Shown here: positions 1 through 13,265 of the stretch, piece by piece
Position numbering within the stretch: the stretch's first letter is position 1
How the letters are laid out: each line of letters begins with the position of its first letter
Source: Chiloscyllium plagiosum
Taxonomy: Eukaryota
Assembly (NCBI RefSeq): GCF_004010195.1
Contig: NC_057718.1
Location: 19,544,104-19,608,103, forward strand
Length of the DNA: 64,000 nucleotides
Direction: 5' to 3'
The notes under the pieces: generated by a model
What the model saw: only the letters and a program-made list of their open reading frames with translations
Database searches by the model: none
What the model was told of the DNA's origin: nothing
Program-made: the position numbers and the translations under genes

Positions 1-1489
1 GGGGCCCAAAATACTCACAGTGATAACACTGCCTCATGATTCAACTTCAATGAGGAAAAGGAATTCAAGAGTTTGAATTACAATTCTTCCATATTCATAC
101 TTCATTATAACTTTAAATCTAAATGCATTTCCTGGCAACTTAACATCATCAATTACTCTGGCCACTGTAATATTTGTTAACTGCAATTCCACCCTCCTAC
201 CAGTGGAGACAGTGCAGCAAAACCTCTGGCAGAGTCTAACCAAAGGGTGACGAGTTTACATAGGCAATCTCCATTTGAAATGTAGACATAGGAATTTATA
301 GCGGAATTATAAAAATGAAGACATGTCCTGTGTATACCACAGGAGCTCAGCCAATGTTGATCTGTGGCTGCTGTGCTAAATTATTAACAAACAACAAACA
401 ACCACATTAACTGTTTCGTCAAAAGAAACTGCAATTACAATAATTTGCAGAATATTTGGATTTCCACAGAAACAAAAAAGCAAAGTATCACTTTTACAAT
501 CTGACTGAGCATCCTCAGAAGAATTCCAAAGAGAGAAAAATATAAGGAAGCCAGCCAAGACAAACATCTGGGTTTTTTTTTATTTCTTCAATAAGTTTGG
601 AAGGAACTGCAGGTGCAAAACATGGAAAAGGTTTAAAAATGAATATGTGTCAAATGGTTCAGACAAGTTGAAACTTTGAAAAAAAATCTCAATGTCACAC
701 ACTCTCTCTCTCTCTACTTCCATCAAGAGAAGTTGTAGAAATTGTTTTTGTAATCTTCCACTTCCCATTTTAGGAATAGTACTGTGTGTCTATATGACTA
801 GTCCATGTTATCTGAGATGATGGATAACCTCTCTAATTAATGAGTAGTTAGAACACCTTACAATAATCCAAAGTATGTTTTGTATTCAAGATAAAGATAA
901 TAATTAAAATGAAGAAAGAATGACATATATTAAATTTGTTAAGTATGTTTTGTGTTCCTTCTTCACCTGGCAGCATTTCTATCATAGTTCTAGATGGCAC
1001 ATTGATAAGCTTTCCAACAACAACTTATGTTTATAGAGCACAATTTAATGGAATAAAAGGCCCAAGGGTGTTTTACAGGAGCATTTTAAAACAAAATATA
1101 ACATTCAGGGACTTGAGATATTAGGGCAAATGATTGAAAGCTTGGTCAAGAATTAGGAGTGTCTTCAGCAAGGCAACATAGGTAGAGAGAAGGAAGCATG
1201 GAACCCACATAACTGGAGGTAACGGTGTCGAGATTATAATTGGGAACGCACAAGAGGGCAGAGGATGGTGAGGCGGCTGGAGATTACAGAGGTTGGAAAG
1301 GACAATGTCATAGAAGGATCCTGAAAACTTGGATGAGAATTTGAAAGTCAAGTTGCTGCTTGACTGACAGCAAATGTAGATCAATGATAATAGAGGTGAG
1401 ACTTACTGTAGGTTAAGGCACAGGCAGCAGAGAATTGGATGACCTCAAGTTTACAAAAAGTAGAAAGTGGGAAATATTATTGGAATGGC

Positions 1490-2221
1490 TGTAAATTGTG
1501 GGAGGGAAATGATCGACAATGCCTGGGTGTCCTCGTGTGTAAGTTACTGAAAGTAAATTTGCAGGTGCAGCAGGCAGTAAAGTAAGTAAATGGGAAGTTG
1601 GCTTTCATGGCGAGAGGGTTCAAGCACAGGAACAAGGATATCTTGCTGCAATTATACAGGGCCTTGGTGAGGCCACAGACGGAATACTGTGTGTAATTTT
1701 GGTCTCCTTATCCAATGAAGGATATTCTTGTTTTGGAGGGAGGGCAGTGAAGGTTTCCCAAATGGATCCTTTGGATTGCTGGACTGATATATAAGGAGGC
1801 ATTAACCTGGTTAGGTTTGTACTCACTGGTTTTAGAAGAATGAGGAGGAATCACATGAAAATTCTAACAGGGCTAGGAAGGGTAGGTGCACAACAGATGT
1901 TCCCGATGGTGGGGGAGTCCAGAACTGGGGGTCAGAGTTTAAGTCTAAGGGATAAATCTTTTTAGGACTAAGATGAGGAAAAATGTCTTCACCCAGAGAG
2001 TGGTAAGCCTGGGTAATTCATTGCCACAGGAAGTGGTTGAGATCAGAATATTGTGTGTTTTTGAGAAGGAGGTAGATATGGCTCTTGTGGCTAAAAGGAT
2101 CAAGGGAAATCGGGGAGGAGGGCAGGATTAGGGTATTGAGCTCAGTGGTCAACCATGATCATATTGAATGGTCGAGCAGGTTTGAGGGGTTGAATAGCTA
2201 CTTCAGCTCCTATTTTCTATG
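1490..2221 (+). mobile_element. CR1 ORF2 3' fragment inserted in an L2-type fragment (about 1020-1490 and 2222-2640, minus)
   Basis: CR1 motifs: CAGCAGGCAGTAAAG, GGCCTTGGTGAGGCCACA, AGAAGAATGAGG and the tail GATCATATTGAATGG. Confidence 0.75.
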
Positions 2222-3026
2222 ACCAGCTAGGAATGCATCAGAATAGTCAAGTCAAGAGATACTAGCAAATAGGAAAAAGAGTTTCAGCAATGGATGAGCT
2301 GGGAGAGCAACAAAGTTTGGAGATAGAACTGAGTGGTACAGTGATGCAAGGCTGGAAGCTCAGCTCAGGATCAAAAATGTGATGTCAGAGTTGTGAAGAG
2401 TCAGTCTTCATCTCAGAATGTCATCAGGGAGAGCAGAGAGTTAGTCATTCCACAATGGCTTCAGTCGTCTGGAGGAACTGGAAGAAATTGCTGTCATCTA
2501 CTGCTTGATGTCAGATAAACAGTGGGACAATTTAACAAGAGTGGAAGAGGTGTGAGTGTTAATGATGTGGTCAAGAAGAAGGTCAAAAACAAACACTGAC
2601 TCCACGTGATGTCACCAAGTCGATGTCGCTGAGGAATAGAAGGAGGTAAATGAGTGGCAACCTTCTAAACACAAATGGCTAGACAAAAATAGAGTGCAGC
2701 CCATCTACTTTGCCACTGACTATTCTGGTAGTTCCAGGATATGACAGCAGTGAACAACCTTTATCAATTAATCTTCAGCAGATGCAGCTCAGAAGCCAGG
2801 AGAACTCCCAGTGCTGGAAATCTTTGCATCAAAACTACCTGTTCATCCCAAACATGTGACACGTACAACATCATGCCTGTGTTCCTCACATACCTTATCC
2901 AAAATAAACTCCTGAATGGGGACGTCGTGGCATATTAATAATGTGAGTGGGCTATTAATACTTTAAGGACATAGCAGCTGGTACATTTAAAGCTACAATT
3001 ATTAAATCTGGAATGTAAAAGGCTTG

Positions 3027-3167
3027 AGTTCTGAAGAAGTGCCATTCCAGATTCAAAATGTTAACTCTGTTTCTCTCTCTCTAGGTGCTGCCAGACTGAC
3101 TGAGTTCCTTCAGCATTCTCTGCATTTGTTTCAGATTTCCAGCAACTGCAGTATTTTGCTTTTATTT
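3027..3167 (+). mobile_element. 141-bp Penelope-tail mini-insertion with 16-bp TSD
   Basis: GAATGTAAAAGGCTTG at 3011-3026 and 3168-3183. The insert begins AGTTCTGAAGAAG (degenerate hammerhead) and continues with the GCTGCCAGAC..GCTGAG tail. Confidence 0.75.
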
Positions 3168-3959
3168 GAATGTAAAAGGCTTGTAATTGGTAATGGTAAC
3201 TATGACAACTGCCATTGACAATTGCTAGTGTCTTTTAGGGATGGAAATCGGTAAACCTGATCAGGTCTGGCTGACATTGTGACTCCACGCCCTGAGCAAT
3301 AAGAATGGCCAAGCAAGCACTTAGATAATGAGGTATCAGTAATAAATGCTGATCTCATTAGTGATACACACAGCCCACAAAAGAATAAAGATATCTCATT
3401 TCCTAATATTGCCTGTGGTCACTATCTCCCAAAGGAGCTCATTTTGTGGATCATCCATTCATCAAAGAAATATAACCTCAATTATTTTTTGATGTTATCC
3501 TGCAAGTAGTCCCCACCCCATCTAACCATGCCCCTTAGTCTTCTATTTCAGTTTCAATCTTCTGGGTCTAGATAAAGAGATTGTCATGATCCTAATACAA
3601 GAATCCTAAATCAAACAGCAATCACATCACCTCTGAATCTTCCCTTCTCAAAAGAGAATTTGCCAATTCATATAATCGTTCATAATAATACAGTTTTTCC
3701 TTCCTCTCAATCATTCTGGTTGCTTTCTTCAAAGTTATTTCAAGGTAAAGTATCCCAGAAGTACGGCAGCAATCTCTACTGCACGCAGTATTCTAACTGG
3801 AAGGGCGCCAAAGATTAATAAAAGTTGCCTCACTGCTACGATTCCACCTTGACCTTTAAATACATTCCGATATACTCTCGACCACCAAGCATTGTTGAGA
3901 TAGCTTCCATTTATTGTTAGTCAAGACTCTCAGAATTCTTGCATTTTCTATGCCAATCA

Positions 3960-4368
3960 CACTGAGGCTGCAGACGATATTGCAGGGGAGATGTGGAGTC
4001 CCACTCCTGGAGCTCAAACTCTTTGCTGATGTATCCAGAGGAGCACAGGAGGACTGCTGGACTGTCAGACTTTCAGATGTTGCATTAAACTGAGGCACCA
4101 TTTCCCTCTCAGGTGGACAGGAAATATCCCTCCTACATTTTTTGAAGTAGCAGAGATGCGTTCGTCTCAGTGTCCAGCTCAATGTTTATCCTTCAACCCG
4201 AGTCCTTACAACAAATTACCTGGGTTATTATGACATTGCTTCCTACAGAATGTACCATGCACTAATATGCACTAACATACCAACAGTGCCTACATTACAA
4301 TAAGTGCTTCAGTGACTGAGAGGCACTTAGGGATGTGCTAAAGTAATGAAAGAGGCTATATAAATGCG
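3960..4368 (+). mobile_element. Deu-core SINE (SacSINE1/AmnSINE-like); related degenerate copies at about 7560-7900, 25950-26290, 31010-31230 and 37075-37410
   Basis: CTTTCAGATG..CATTAAACTGAGGC core, TTTTGAAG.AG.AG.G, TTTATCCTTCAACC and an L2-like tail GGCTATATAAATGC. Confidence 0.6.
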
Positions 4369-4523
4369 GACTTAAAGCCTTAGCAGATTTTTAACATTAA
4401 GGGAATGAAGGGTATGGGAGAAAGGCAGACAAGTGGAGTTAAGGTCTATCAGATCAGACGTGATCTCATTGAATGGCACAGCAGAATAGATGGGCTGAAT
4501 GGCCTACTTCTGATCCTATGTCT

Positions 4524-4580
<57 letters not shown>

Positions 4581-4584
<4 letters not shown>

Positions 4585-4888
4585 TACAGTGTGGAAACAG
4601 GCCCTTCTGCCCAACAAGTCCACACTGACCCTCCGAAGAGCAACCCACCCAGACCCATTCACCTACATTTACCCCTTCACCTAACACTATGGGCAATTTA
4701 GCATGGCCAATTCACCTAACGTGCACATCTTTGGACTGTGGGAGGAAACCGGAGCACCTGGAGAGAACCCATGCAGACATGAGGAGAATGTGCAAACTCC
4801 ACACAGACAGTTGCCCGAGGTGGGAATTGAACCCGGGTCCCTGGCATTGTGAGGCAGCAGTGCTAACCACTGAGCCACCGTGCCACCC
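4581..4888 (-). mobile_element. HE1-type tRNA-derived SINE with an adjacent (AGAT)n microsatellite (4524-4584)
   Basis: Head GGGTGGCACGGTGGCTCAGTGGTTAGCACTGCTGCCTCAC, V-domain TGTGTGGAGTTTGCACATTCTCC and a CR1-derived tail. Confidence 0.9.
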
Positions 4889-6859
4889 TTTCTCTAAAGC
4901 ATTTGGCAAAGCAAATTCCACTTTTGTCAGTGGAATCCTAGGAATGCCAGAGTCTTAGATTAAAAAAAATGAACACCTTCTCATTCATTTCAACTGAAGC
5001 GAAGACACCAAGTACATGCTTTGTCTCGATTAGGGTTTCAATTAACACATGTTGCTAGCTAAAGGGATCACGGACAGCTGGAACAAACTCTCTCCGTGGA
5101 CTGGGTCTCTTTTAGGTCTGGATTGTTGAAATGCATGGATACTGTAACTAGTTTCTTTTCGCTCTGCTGTTAGTATTATGACACACCCATTAAGATGGCA
5201 TTGTCCCAGCTACTGTACATCATGTAGATTGCAAATGGAATTGGAAAGATTTTGGCAACCTTTCAGGGGACTGAGTTTCATGCTTTGCATAGCTACCATA
5301 ATTGTAGCACTTCCCAGCGAGATTTCCTGCTGCAAGAGCCCTGCCTAGACTGGCTTGCGTCTGCCCCACAATTGAGACATGATGAAGTTTTACTTTCTTT
5401 TAAATAAAAAGACCTTAGCACAAGATTTTCCACATCAGTGGAACACTGACACATTTCTCGAGTAGCAGGGAGATGGTCCTATAAAGTGTAAAGCTCTCCT
5501 GCTTACTCTATAGCAACAGCGGAATTTGGCGACATACACCATGTTTGCAGATTATTGCAGTAGAAGAAACAGGAAATGTAATGGGTTCTGAGAACACTGA
5601 ACAAGCTGGATATTTGTTAGGACCTGCCTTGATAGACCATAATCATTTAAAGAATATAACGTGTGGAAGAACATGTGAAAACATAGAAGTAAGAGTAGGC
5701 CATTCAGCCCCTTGAGCCTGTTCTGCCATTCAATGAGTCCATGGCCTATCTGTGGCTTAAATCTATATGCCTGCCGTTGGCCCATATCCCTTAATACCAT
5801 TGTTTAACAAAACTGTATTTCCATCTCAAATTCCAGCAACTGCAGTATTTTGCTTTTATTTGAACGTAGAAGATTTGCATCAGTAATGGTAACTATGACA
5901 ACTACCACTGACAATTACTAATGTCTTTTAGGGATGGAAATCAGTAAGCTTTATCAGGTTTGGCCGACGTGGGACTCAACACCGTGAGCAATAAGAATGG
6001 CCAAGCAAGCACTTAGATAATGAGGTATCGGCAATAAATGCTGGCACCATTAGTGATACCCACAGCCCATAAAAGAATAAAAATATCTCATTTCCTTATA
6101 TTGCCTGTCACCACTGTCTCCCAAAGAAACTCATTTCGTGGATCATCCATTCATCAGAGAAATATAACCTCTATTGTTTTTTTGGAGCTGAGAAAGGCTC
6201 AGATAATAAATGCCTGGAATCCAAATTGAATTGAAACATCAAAAAGAATCTTTACTGCACAAACCTGAACAAAACCAACAAAACCAGTGTGGTTCAGCAC
6301 TTCACAAACTACATGCTTGATGCGATCAAGACAGATTGCACCCAGGCATTAGTGGATAATGAGATGACTAGCGCAGTGACATGATCACTTTGGCACCACA
6401 TTTATCAGCTCACTATCATTCATCCCCGTAGGAAACAGTCTGAGAGATTCATCAGGAAGGTTCTTGAGAAAAGTGAGGAAAGAAGTTAATGCTGGTAATG
6501 CAATAGGAGCATTGAGGAACAACTTACAATTTGGTCATATCATAACATATGAAACTAACACTAAAAACAGCACACATACTCAGCAGGTCAGCCAGCATCC
6601 ATGAAGGAAAAAAAAGAGTTAACACTTCAGGTCTGCAACTTTCATCGACCTGAAACATTAGCTCAATCAGTCAGACTGACTGAGAATATCCGGCAATTGT
6701 TTAGGGGCATATTTCCTGTTTCCAGCATCTACAGTATTTCACTTCTGTATTTGTGGTCTCTATGCCAAAAGCCCCACCATACCGTCCTCCCCACCTCACA
6801 TTATCCATCAGTCTCTCAGGTTGTCTTTTACACAGTCAGTAAGCTGCGATTAAGTATTT

Positions 6860-7400
6860 CAATAACAGCAACCCTAATGCAGCCTCCATGTAACAGCTCC
6901 CAGTATATACTTTCGATAATTGCTTCCCAGAAAATTGCATCTCACAGGAGCTAGCCACGCCAAGTGCAGCACAATATCCATATTGAAAGAACAGGAAAGA
7001 ATTTGTCAAGACCAGATACACAGAAAGCAAATCACTTCACTGTTTTCTTTAATGATGCATCAGCAATATTTTCCACTGTGTGTCATCCATGAAACATGTT
7101 TTTCTAACCACATGCATCTGTTTCATGGTGGCGAAAGAAAACATTTGAGATTTTCGAAGTCCATGGTGGGATTAAACCACCAGACCTCAAAGGATGTGTT
7201 GTACCAATGTTGGAACACTTCCTGGATGTACAAGTAATCAAAACTGAAATCTTCTAAAGCAACAGCGACTTTGAACAATGTCTGTGGTAACTTAAGCAGA
7301 TACTTAACAGACGTGCCTGTCGACAGTATAAAATTCTGGACAGCACAGTGAAAGACCTGAATTAAATTCAGCTCTTTCCTATCCACTCCATCTAAAGATT
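6860..7400 (+). mobile_element. Possible hAT (Ac/ZBED-like) transposase fossil, internally deleted
   Basis: Collinear weak matches: QITSLFSLMMHQQYFPLCVIHETCF, KDVLYQCWNTS (compare DVxTRWNST) and LSRYLTDVPVDSIKFWTAQ (compare the hAT dimerisation domain). Confidence 0.4.
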
Positions 7401-8404
7401 TGTGTAATAACAGTAAAAGCAGTGATAATTTGGTCAATACCAAATAAAAAAGGAATTCTTTGCCAAACAGCTGCCAATTTCAGTAACATTGGTCATCAAG
7501 GTGAATTGTGGAATGTACAAAAATGCTGGTATTGCAAATGTCACCACATTGTAACACAGTGATAAGACAAAGTCTGGTTATTTTGGAGCAATTTTCCTGA
7601 CCTCAGGATATCCCATGGCTTTTCACAGCTCATGAAGGACGACTGAAGTGTTATTGGCACTGTAATGGAAGGAAAAGCAGCACTCAGTTTGCATGCAGCA
7701 AGGTCCCACGCACAGTAAGGTGATAAATGGTCAGTTAATCTGCTTTGAGTAAAATGGGCTGAGGATCAAATATAGGACAGGAAACTGGGAGCGTTCTTTT
7801 TCCATTCTTCCAATCATGGCGCAGGGTGTTGTAATGTCACAGCAAATGAGAGAGCAAATGGAGAGAACCTTATTTTATTTGTTTATTTTAATGTCATCCA
7901 CAAGACAGTACAAAACCGGCTCAGACCATTGCGAGGAAGACATGTCAGTGCATAATCAGAGTTTGACTCAACCAGCTCCATTGGGGAGGGTGGAGACAGC
8001 AATAGGAGCAAACAGAGCACTCACTTTCAATTTCACTTCCCCCACCTCTCCAAAAGCACAAAGACCAATCCCATAAGCTCAGATCACGAGAGTTGAACTG
8101 GGGTGTAACAGTCCGCTAACTGAGAAATAAGAATCCAGACTGTCATACAGAAACCGAGGAAGAGAGAGATGGGTGGATAGTGACGACAGGGTTATTGAGT
8201 TTCATTAAGTCGGAGCACTGAAAACTTGGAGAGTATCCAGACCAGACTCATCCATAAAATAAGAAGGCACTTAGTCTGCTTCAGATCCTATCCCACCTCT
8301 TCAGAAAGTTGGCAGAAGGCTACACTTGAATACAGTTCTTTTCATAAGTTTGACATGAATAGTAATTTATGATGCAATTGAGAGTAAGTGCAACTTGTCT
8401 GTAG

Positions 8405-9012
8405 AAGAGTTGTGCTGGATTGGAATGAGGGCCTGCTTATCAATGGGACAAGAATTTGGAGAAGTTTAAGATCTGTATAATGCCATCTGGAGTCAAAGAT
8501 CTTCCACTTCTCTACATCTGGAGTATTGTGAGCTTTTCTGGACAGCACATCTTTGCAAGGTTATGGTAACCTTGGAAGAAGCGCAGCATTGATTCACTAG
8601 AACGATAGCTAGACTCGAAGGATAAAAGTACAAGAAGTGATTACACATGCGGATTATATTCCCTGGAAGTGTAGGAATGATTTTACCAAAGTTTCAAAGA
8701 TACGAAGAATAATAGATGGTGTAGATCCTGAGAAGCTACTTCTGGTATTTTGGGGAGTCTAGGACCAAAGAATGTAATGTAAATATTACAGCAAGACCTT
8801 TGAGGAATGGAATTCAGAAACACTTCTACAGGCAAAGGTAGCAGAAATGTTGATCTCTCTTCAAGAAATGGCAAATGCTGTAGGATCATGTATTAATCTT
8901 AAAATTGTGATCAATAGATATCAGTCAATGTTATTATAGTGTTGAGTCTCAGGTCAGCCATGAGCTCTCTGAATAATAGAAGAGCATCAAAATAGCCCAC
9001 TCCTGTTCCTGT
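8405..9012 (+). mobile_element. Degenerate CR1 3' fragment
   Basis: CTGGAGTATTGTG...TTCTGG, GGGGAGTCTAGGACC and the CR1-type tail ACTCCTGTTCCT. Confidence 0.65.
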
Positions 9013-9149
9013 GAAGTCTCAGTGGCTGGAGAGTGGGACAGTGAAAAAAAAAATCAGATTCCCCTCTTCTGGACACAATCCTGATCAGACTTTCAGGGAG
9101 TAGGGGGGAAGGTGAAGCGTAGGACCTTGAAAATAGTTATTTTGTATTA

Positions 9150-12100
9150 CCCGCAGTGCTATACATTAGTGAGAGTAGAAGTAGGAAGACAGAGGGATCA
9201 ATCTCTTGGATGAGACCTGGTGCAGGTGAAAGAGTTTCACGTTCCTACTGGGACCAGCTCTAGGGTAGATGCACCTATTGAAGAGATGCAGTTTGCACCT
9301 TAACAGTACCAATGACAAGGTTGACTCGTAAGGCTGGAGAGGATTTAAACTAAATTGGCAGGGACGTGGGCACCAGCATGCAGAGGTAGAAAAGCAAAAT
9401 AAGGTGTGTAAAGCGTAGTCAGAACCAGAAAAGAAAATCAAGTTGGAGAGGATCAGGTTGAGAAAGATTACGAGGGATACAAAGACAGGATTAGAATGCA
9501 GGTTATGTCATTGCACAATGTATGGCAAATAAGGACAAGTAGCCATACAGGAATACAATGCAGTGGCAATGATGAAAATATGAGTTAAAAATAGTGAGGA
9601 CCAGGCACTTAATATTCAAGGACACAATATTCTCAAAGAAGATAAGGGAGGAAAAAAACTGAGTTGGGGAAGCAACGTGGATCAAGGAAAATATTATAAA
9701 GATATTGCAAAGGGAGGATGTCAAAAACAAAATCCATTTGGTTAGAGTTGAGATAATCGTGCAACTGAAGCTATTTTATTGGATAGTAAGAGAAAAAGAG
9801 AGAAAGAATGAGAAACATAGACAAAGATTGAGGAGATAACTGTAGGGAAATCAGAGATATGCTCAAGAAACACATACTTTAACAAACTAATTGGGACATT
9901 GGTAGTGTAAAGGGTAAGGAGGATGAGAATTTTCTGAACCATGCTCAGAAGAACTTCCTTGACTAGTATATTCTCTAACAAGCTAGAAAGGAGGCATTAC
10001 AGGATCTGCTTTCAGGGAATGAGGTGGACTATGTGGGACAAGTGGCTTTTGTGGGGAACACTCAGGGAAGAGGGATCATTAAGTTTTAGATTAGCAATGA
10101 AGAAGAGCAAGGAAAGTATAAAAGGTTGGTTAACAAAAATGTGATTGAATATTGCTGGGAAAAGATACTTTATGGAAGCTTTGCATACTGTATTTATGAG
10201 CACACTTGCAAGATACAGTAATGTAAATGGGAGCAATTTTTCAGATGCATGAAGTGAGAGAGCTGATTGGTTGGCAATTGGACTCTGATGGGGGAGGCAT
10301 TGCCATGGAGAATGCATCAGTTAGATGATGACTGACAGTTTACCACCAAACTTTGTTTAAACATAAACCACACAGTTGGACTTTAATTGGCCAAGGCATT
10401 GTCCTCAGGAGTGGACTAGAAAATGGTTGTCACATGTTTTGTTGAGTTGAAACAGGCACAGTGCGTGTTTATCTATTCTTTCTGTCTGCAAAGAATAGGG
10501 CCCTGCTTATTAATATATGTAGGTTCCAGTACACACAAGTGAGCCAACACTACAAGTTTGACTGACAATCTTAAATTGGTGGTCAGAGTAACTGAGGTTC
10601 ATGGAATAGAAAGGCTAGTGTCAGCTTGGATTAAAAACAAACTAGTTTATGGTCAGGAAACCGAGAATTCTGGTAAATGGTTATTTTAGACTGGAGACTG
10701 GTATTAATTTGTTCTCTTCAATGTGACAATGCTAGGAACACTGTTTATTTTACTCGACAGAAATGGCCTAGATTTTGGAATACATAGAAAATAGTCAAAA
10801 TTTGCCAATGATACAAAACTTGCAAGTGTGGCTGATGGTCAATCAATTACAATAGCATGTAGATAGGCCAGCAGAACAAAAGACAAGATGCAGTTTAACA
10901 CAGAGAAATCAGAGGGATTGCATTTGTACAAAAAGAATAGAGAGAGAGACAATAAAAAAACTGGATGGCTCCTTTCAAAAGAGTTTTCAAGAAAAGATGG
11001 ACTTGGAAGTTCATCTACAGAGATCTTTGGTGGTGACAGAGAGATCTATCAGCAAAGAATATATTATCTTGGGCTTTCTAAATTCTGTTGCTGGAGTATA
11101 AAAACAAGGATGTTATGCTAAATCTTTATAAAGTTCTGGTTAGGCTGCAGATTTTGTACTGCATCCAGTCTGGTCACAACATTTTCAAAAGGATGTGTGG
11201 ATCCTTGACAGGCTGCAGAAGAAATTTACTGGAACAGTGCCAGGGATGAGGGAATCTAGGGACACGGTTAGGATAGCAAAGTTGATATTTTTTTCTTCTT
11301 GGAGAATAGATATTTCCGGAAAAATTTAATGGAGGTGTAAATGATTGTGATGGGTTTATACAAAGCAAACAAAGATGCACTGTTCCAAAAGGCTGATAAT
11401 CCAAGAACTAGGAGACAGTGATTTAACATTTTGAACAAGAGATGCAGCAGGATTGTCAAGAAAGAACATCAAGTGGTAATGATATGGAACTATGTTGTTA
11501 AACTTGAAAGGGTGCAGCACACATTTATAAGGATGCTGCTGGAGTTGGAGGGTTTGAGTTATAGGTACAGGCTGGATAGGCTGGAGCTATTTTCCCTGGA
11601 ATGTTGGACACTGAGGAGTGACCTTATAGAAGTCTATCAAATCAAGAAGGGCATGGAGAGGGTGAATGGCCAAGGTCTTTTCCCCAGCATTGGACAGAGC
11701 TGAACCAGAGGGCATACGTTTAAGGTGAGAAGGAAAAGATTTAAAAAGGACCTAAGGGGCAACAATTTTATGAGGGGGATGGTATGTGTATGGAATGAGC
11801 TGCCAGAGGAAGTGGTGGAGGCTGGTACAATTGCAACATTTAAAAGGCATCTGGATGGGTATATGAATAGGAAGCGCTTAGAGGGATATGGCCAAGTGCT
11901 GGTAAATGGGACTAGATTAATTTAGGATATCTGGTTGGCATGGATGAGTTGGACCAAAGGTCTGTTTCCATGCTGTACAGCTCAATGACTCTGTGTCTTT
12001 TTTTGAGAGTGGCAAAATGAATGAATTTGAAAGGAAACTGGATGGAACTTAAGTGAACTAACTCTGCACGGATCGAGTAGGGGAATGGGACTGGTTAGAT

Positions 12101-12160
12101 TGCTCTACAGAGAGCAGGTACGGACATGATGGGTGAATGGCTTCCTCCTGTGCTGTAATT
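9150..12160 (+). mobile_element. Highly degenerate, internally deleted CR1 (ORF1 esterase, endonuclease and RT remnants) with nested insertions
   Basis: Remnants such as GFKLNWQG, KFANDTKL, MQFNTEKSEGLH and a CR1-type tail at about 12010-12160. Confidence 0.6.
11486..11993 (+). mobile_element. Young CR1 (HER1-like) 3' fragment nested in an older CR1
   Basis: LERVQ...LFSLE...RSDLIEVY and WNELPEEVVEAGTIATFKRHLDGYM, the CR1 ORF2 C-terminus, plus the 3' tail. Confidence 0.9.
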
Positions 12161-12832
12161 AGAAAACCTGCTGGAAAGTATCTGTTCATGGACTTTGAGT
12201 GATGATGGGATTAGACTGAATTGCCTCGAGTAACAAGCCAGTCTGCCAACAGCTGGTGAGCAGCCGCAGTCATTGGAAATGCACCCATATCTGTAAGGGT
12301 GGAAAAGATCTTCAATAAATACACATTACAAGTTCAGTTGGGATTGTGGGCACAAGAGGAACACTCTTCCAAAAGTAACAGTAACTGTAATTATTCACTG
12401 TATAGTCCACAAAGCAGCCAAACATTAACTATAAAACACTTTCATTACTGCAATACAAAATCACAAACGCTGCTTTCATATTGGCCTTATTTTATTGCAG
12501 AAGCCAATGGAAAACTGGCTGTAAAATCTTCCGAAACTTTGTGTCTGCAAGGCTGCAGACTGAGTGCCTCCCACAATTAACCAGGTATTATCAGTCATGT
12601 GCACCGCAAGGTCTAGTCTTCAGAGGGACAACTTCAAAGAGAAACAGACACCGATAACTGTCCGCCCTGCTACACTAGAACCAGTCTGAGGACTACTCCC
12701 TTACCAGTTGTATTTTTCTCACTCTCAGTTCCTGGTCACTGATCAATCTAAGCACCTCCCTGTTGTGTGATCACACTCCTGTCTCAGACCAGTCTTCCCA
12801 ATAAGCCTCAAGAAATGTTACGGAAGATTTGA

Positions 12833-13140
12833 GCAGCACAGTAGCTCAGTGTTCCACCCTCAGGAGACTGTCAGTGTGGAGTATGGACATTCTCCCTTTA
12901 ACTGCATGGGTTTCCACCAGGTGCTCTGAATCCCTCCCATGTGCAGGTTAGGGTGGACTGGCCGTGCGGAATTGTCCATAGGGTCCAGGGACGTGCAGTC
13001 TAGGTGGATTAGCCATGGGAAATTCAGGGTTACAGGGATAGGGTAGGGGCATGGGGCTGCGTCTGGGCAGGATGCTCTTCAGAGGCTCAGTGCAGACTCG
13101 ATGGCCCAAATGGCCTCTTTCTGCACTGAAGGGATTCTTT
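12833..13140 (+). mobile_element. Degenerate HE1-type SINE
   Basis: V-domain and tail recognisable; head partly deleted. Confidence 0.75.
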
Positions 13141-13265
13141 GATATAAAACAGTGAGAATCATGTAACAATTTTGTTCACATGACAACTAGCCCCTCCTTC
13201 CTCCCTCATTGATCTGTTCATGCTTCTGAAATGAAAGCAATGTCACATTAACAGCTTTTTTAAAA

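Noticed and set aside
7123..7443. 106-aa minus ORF with a signal-peptide-like start
   Set aside because: No recognisable domain or splice support; it overlaps a probable transposase fossil on the other strand.
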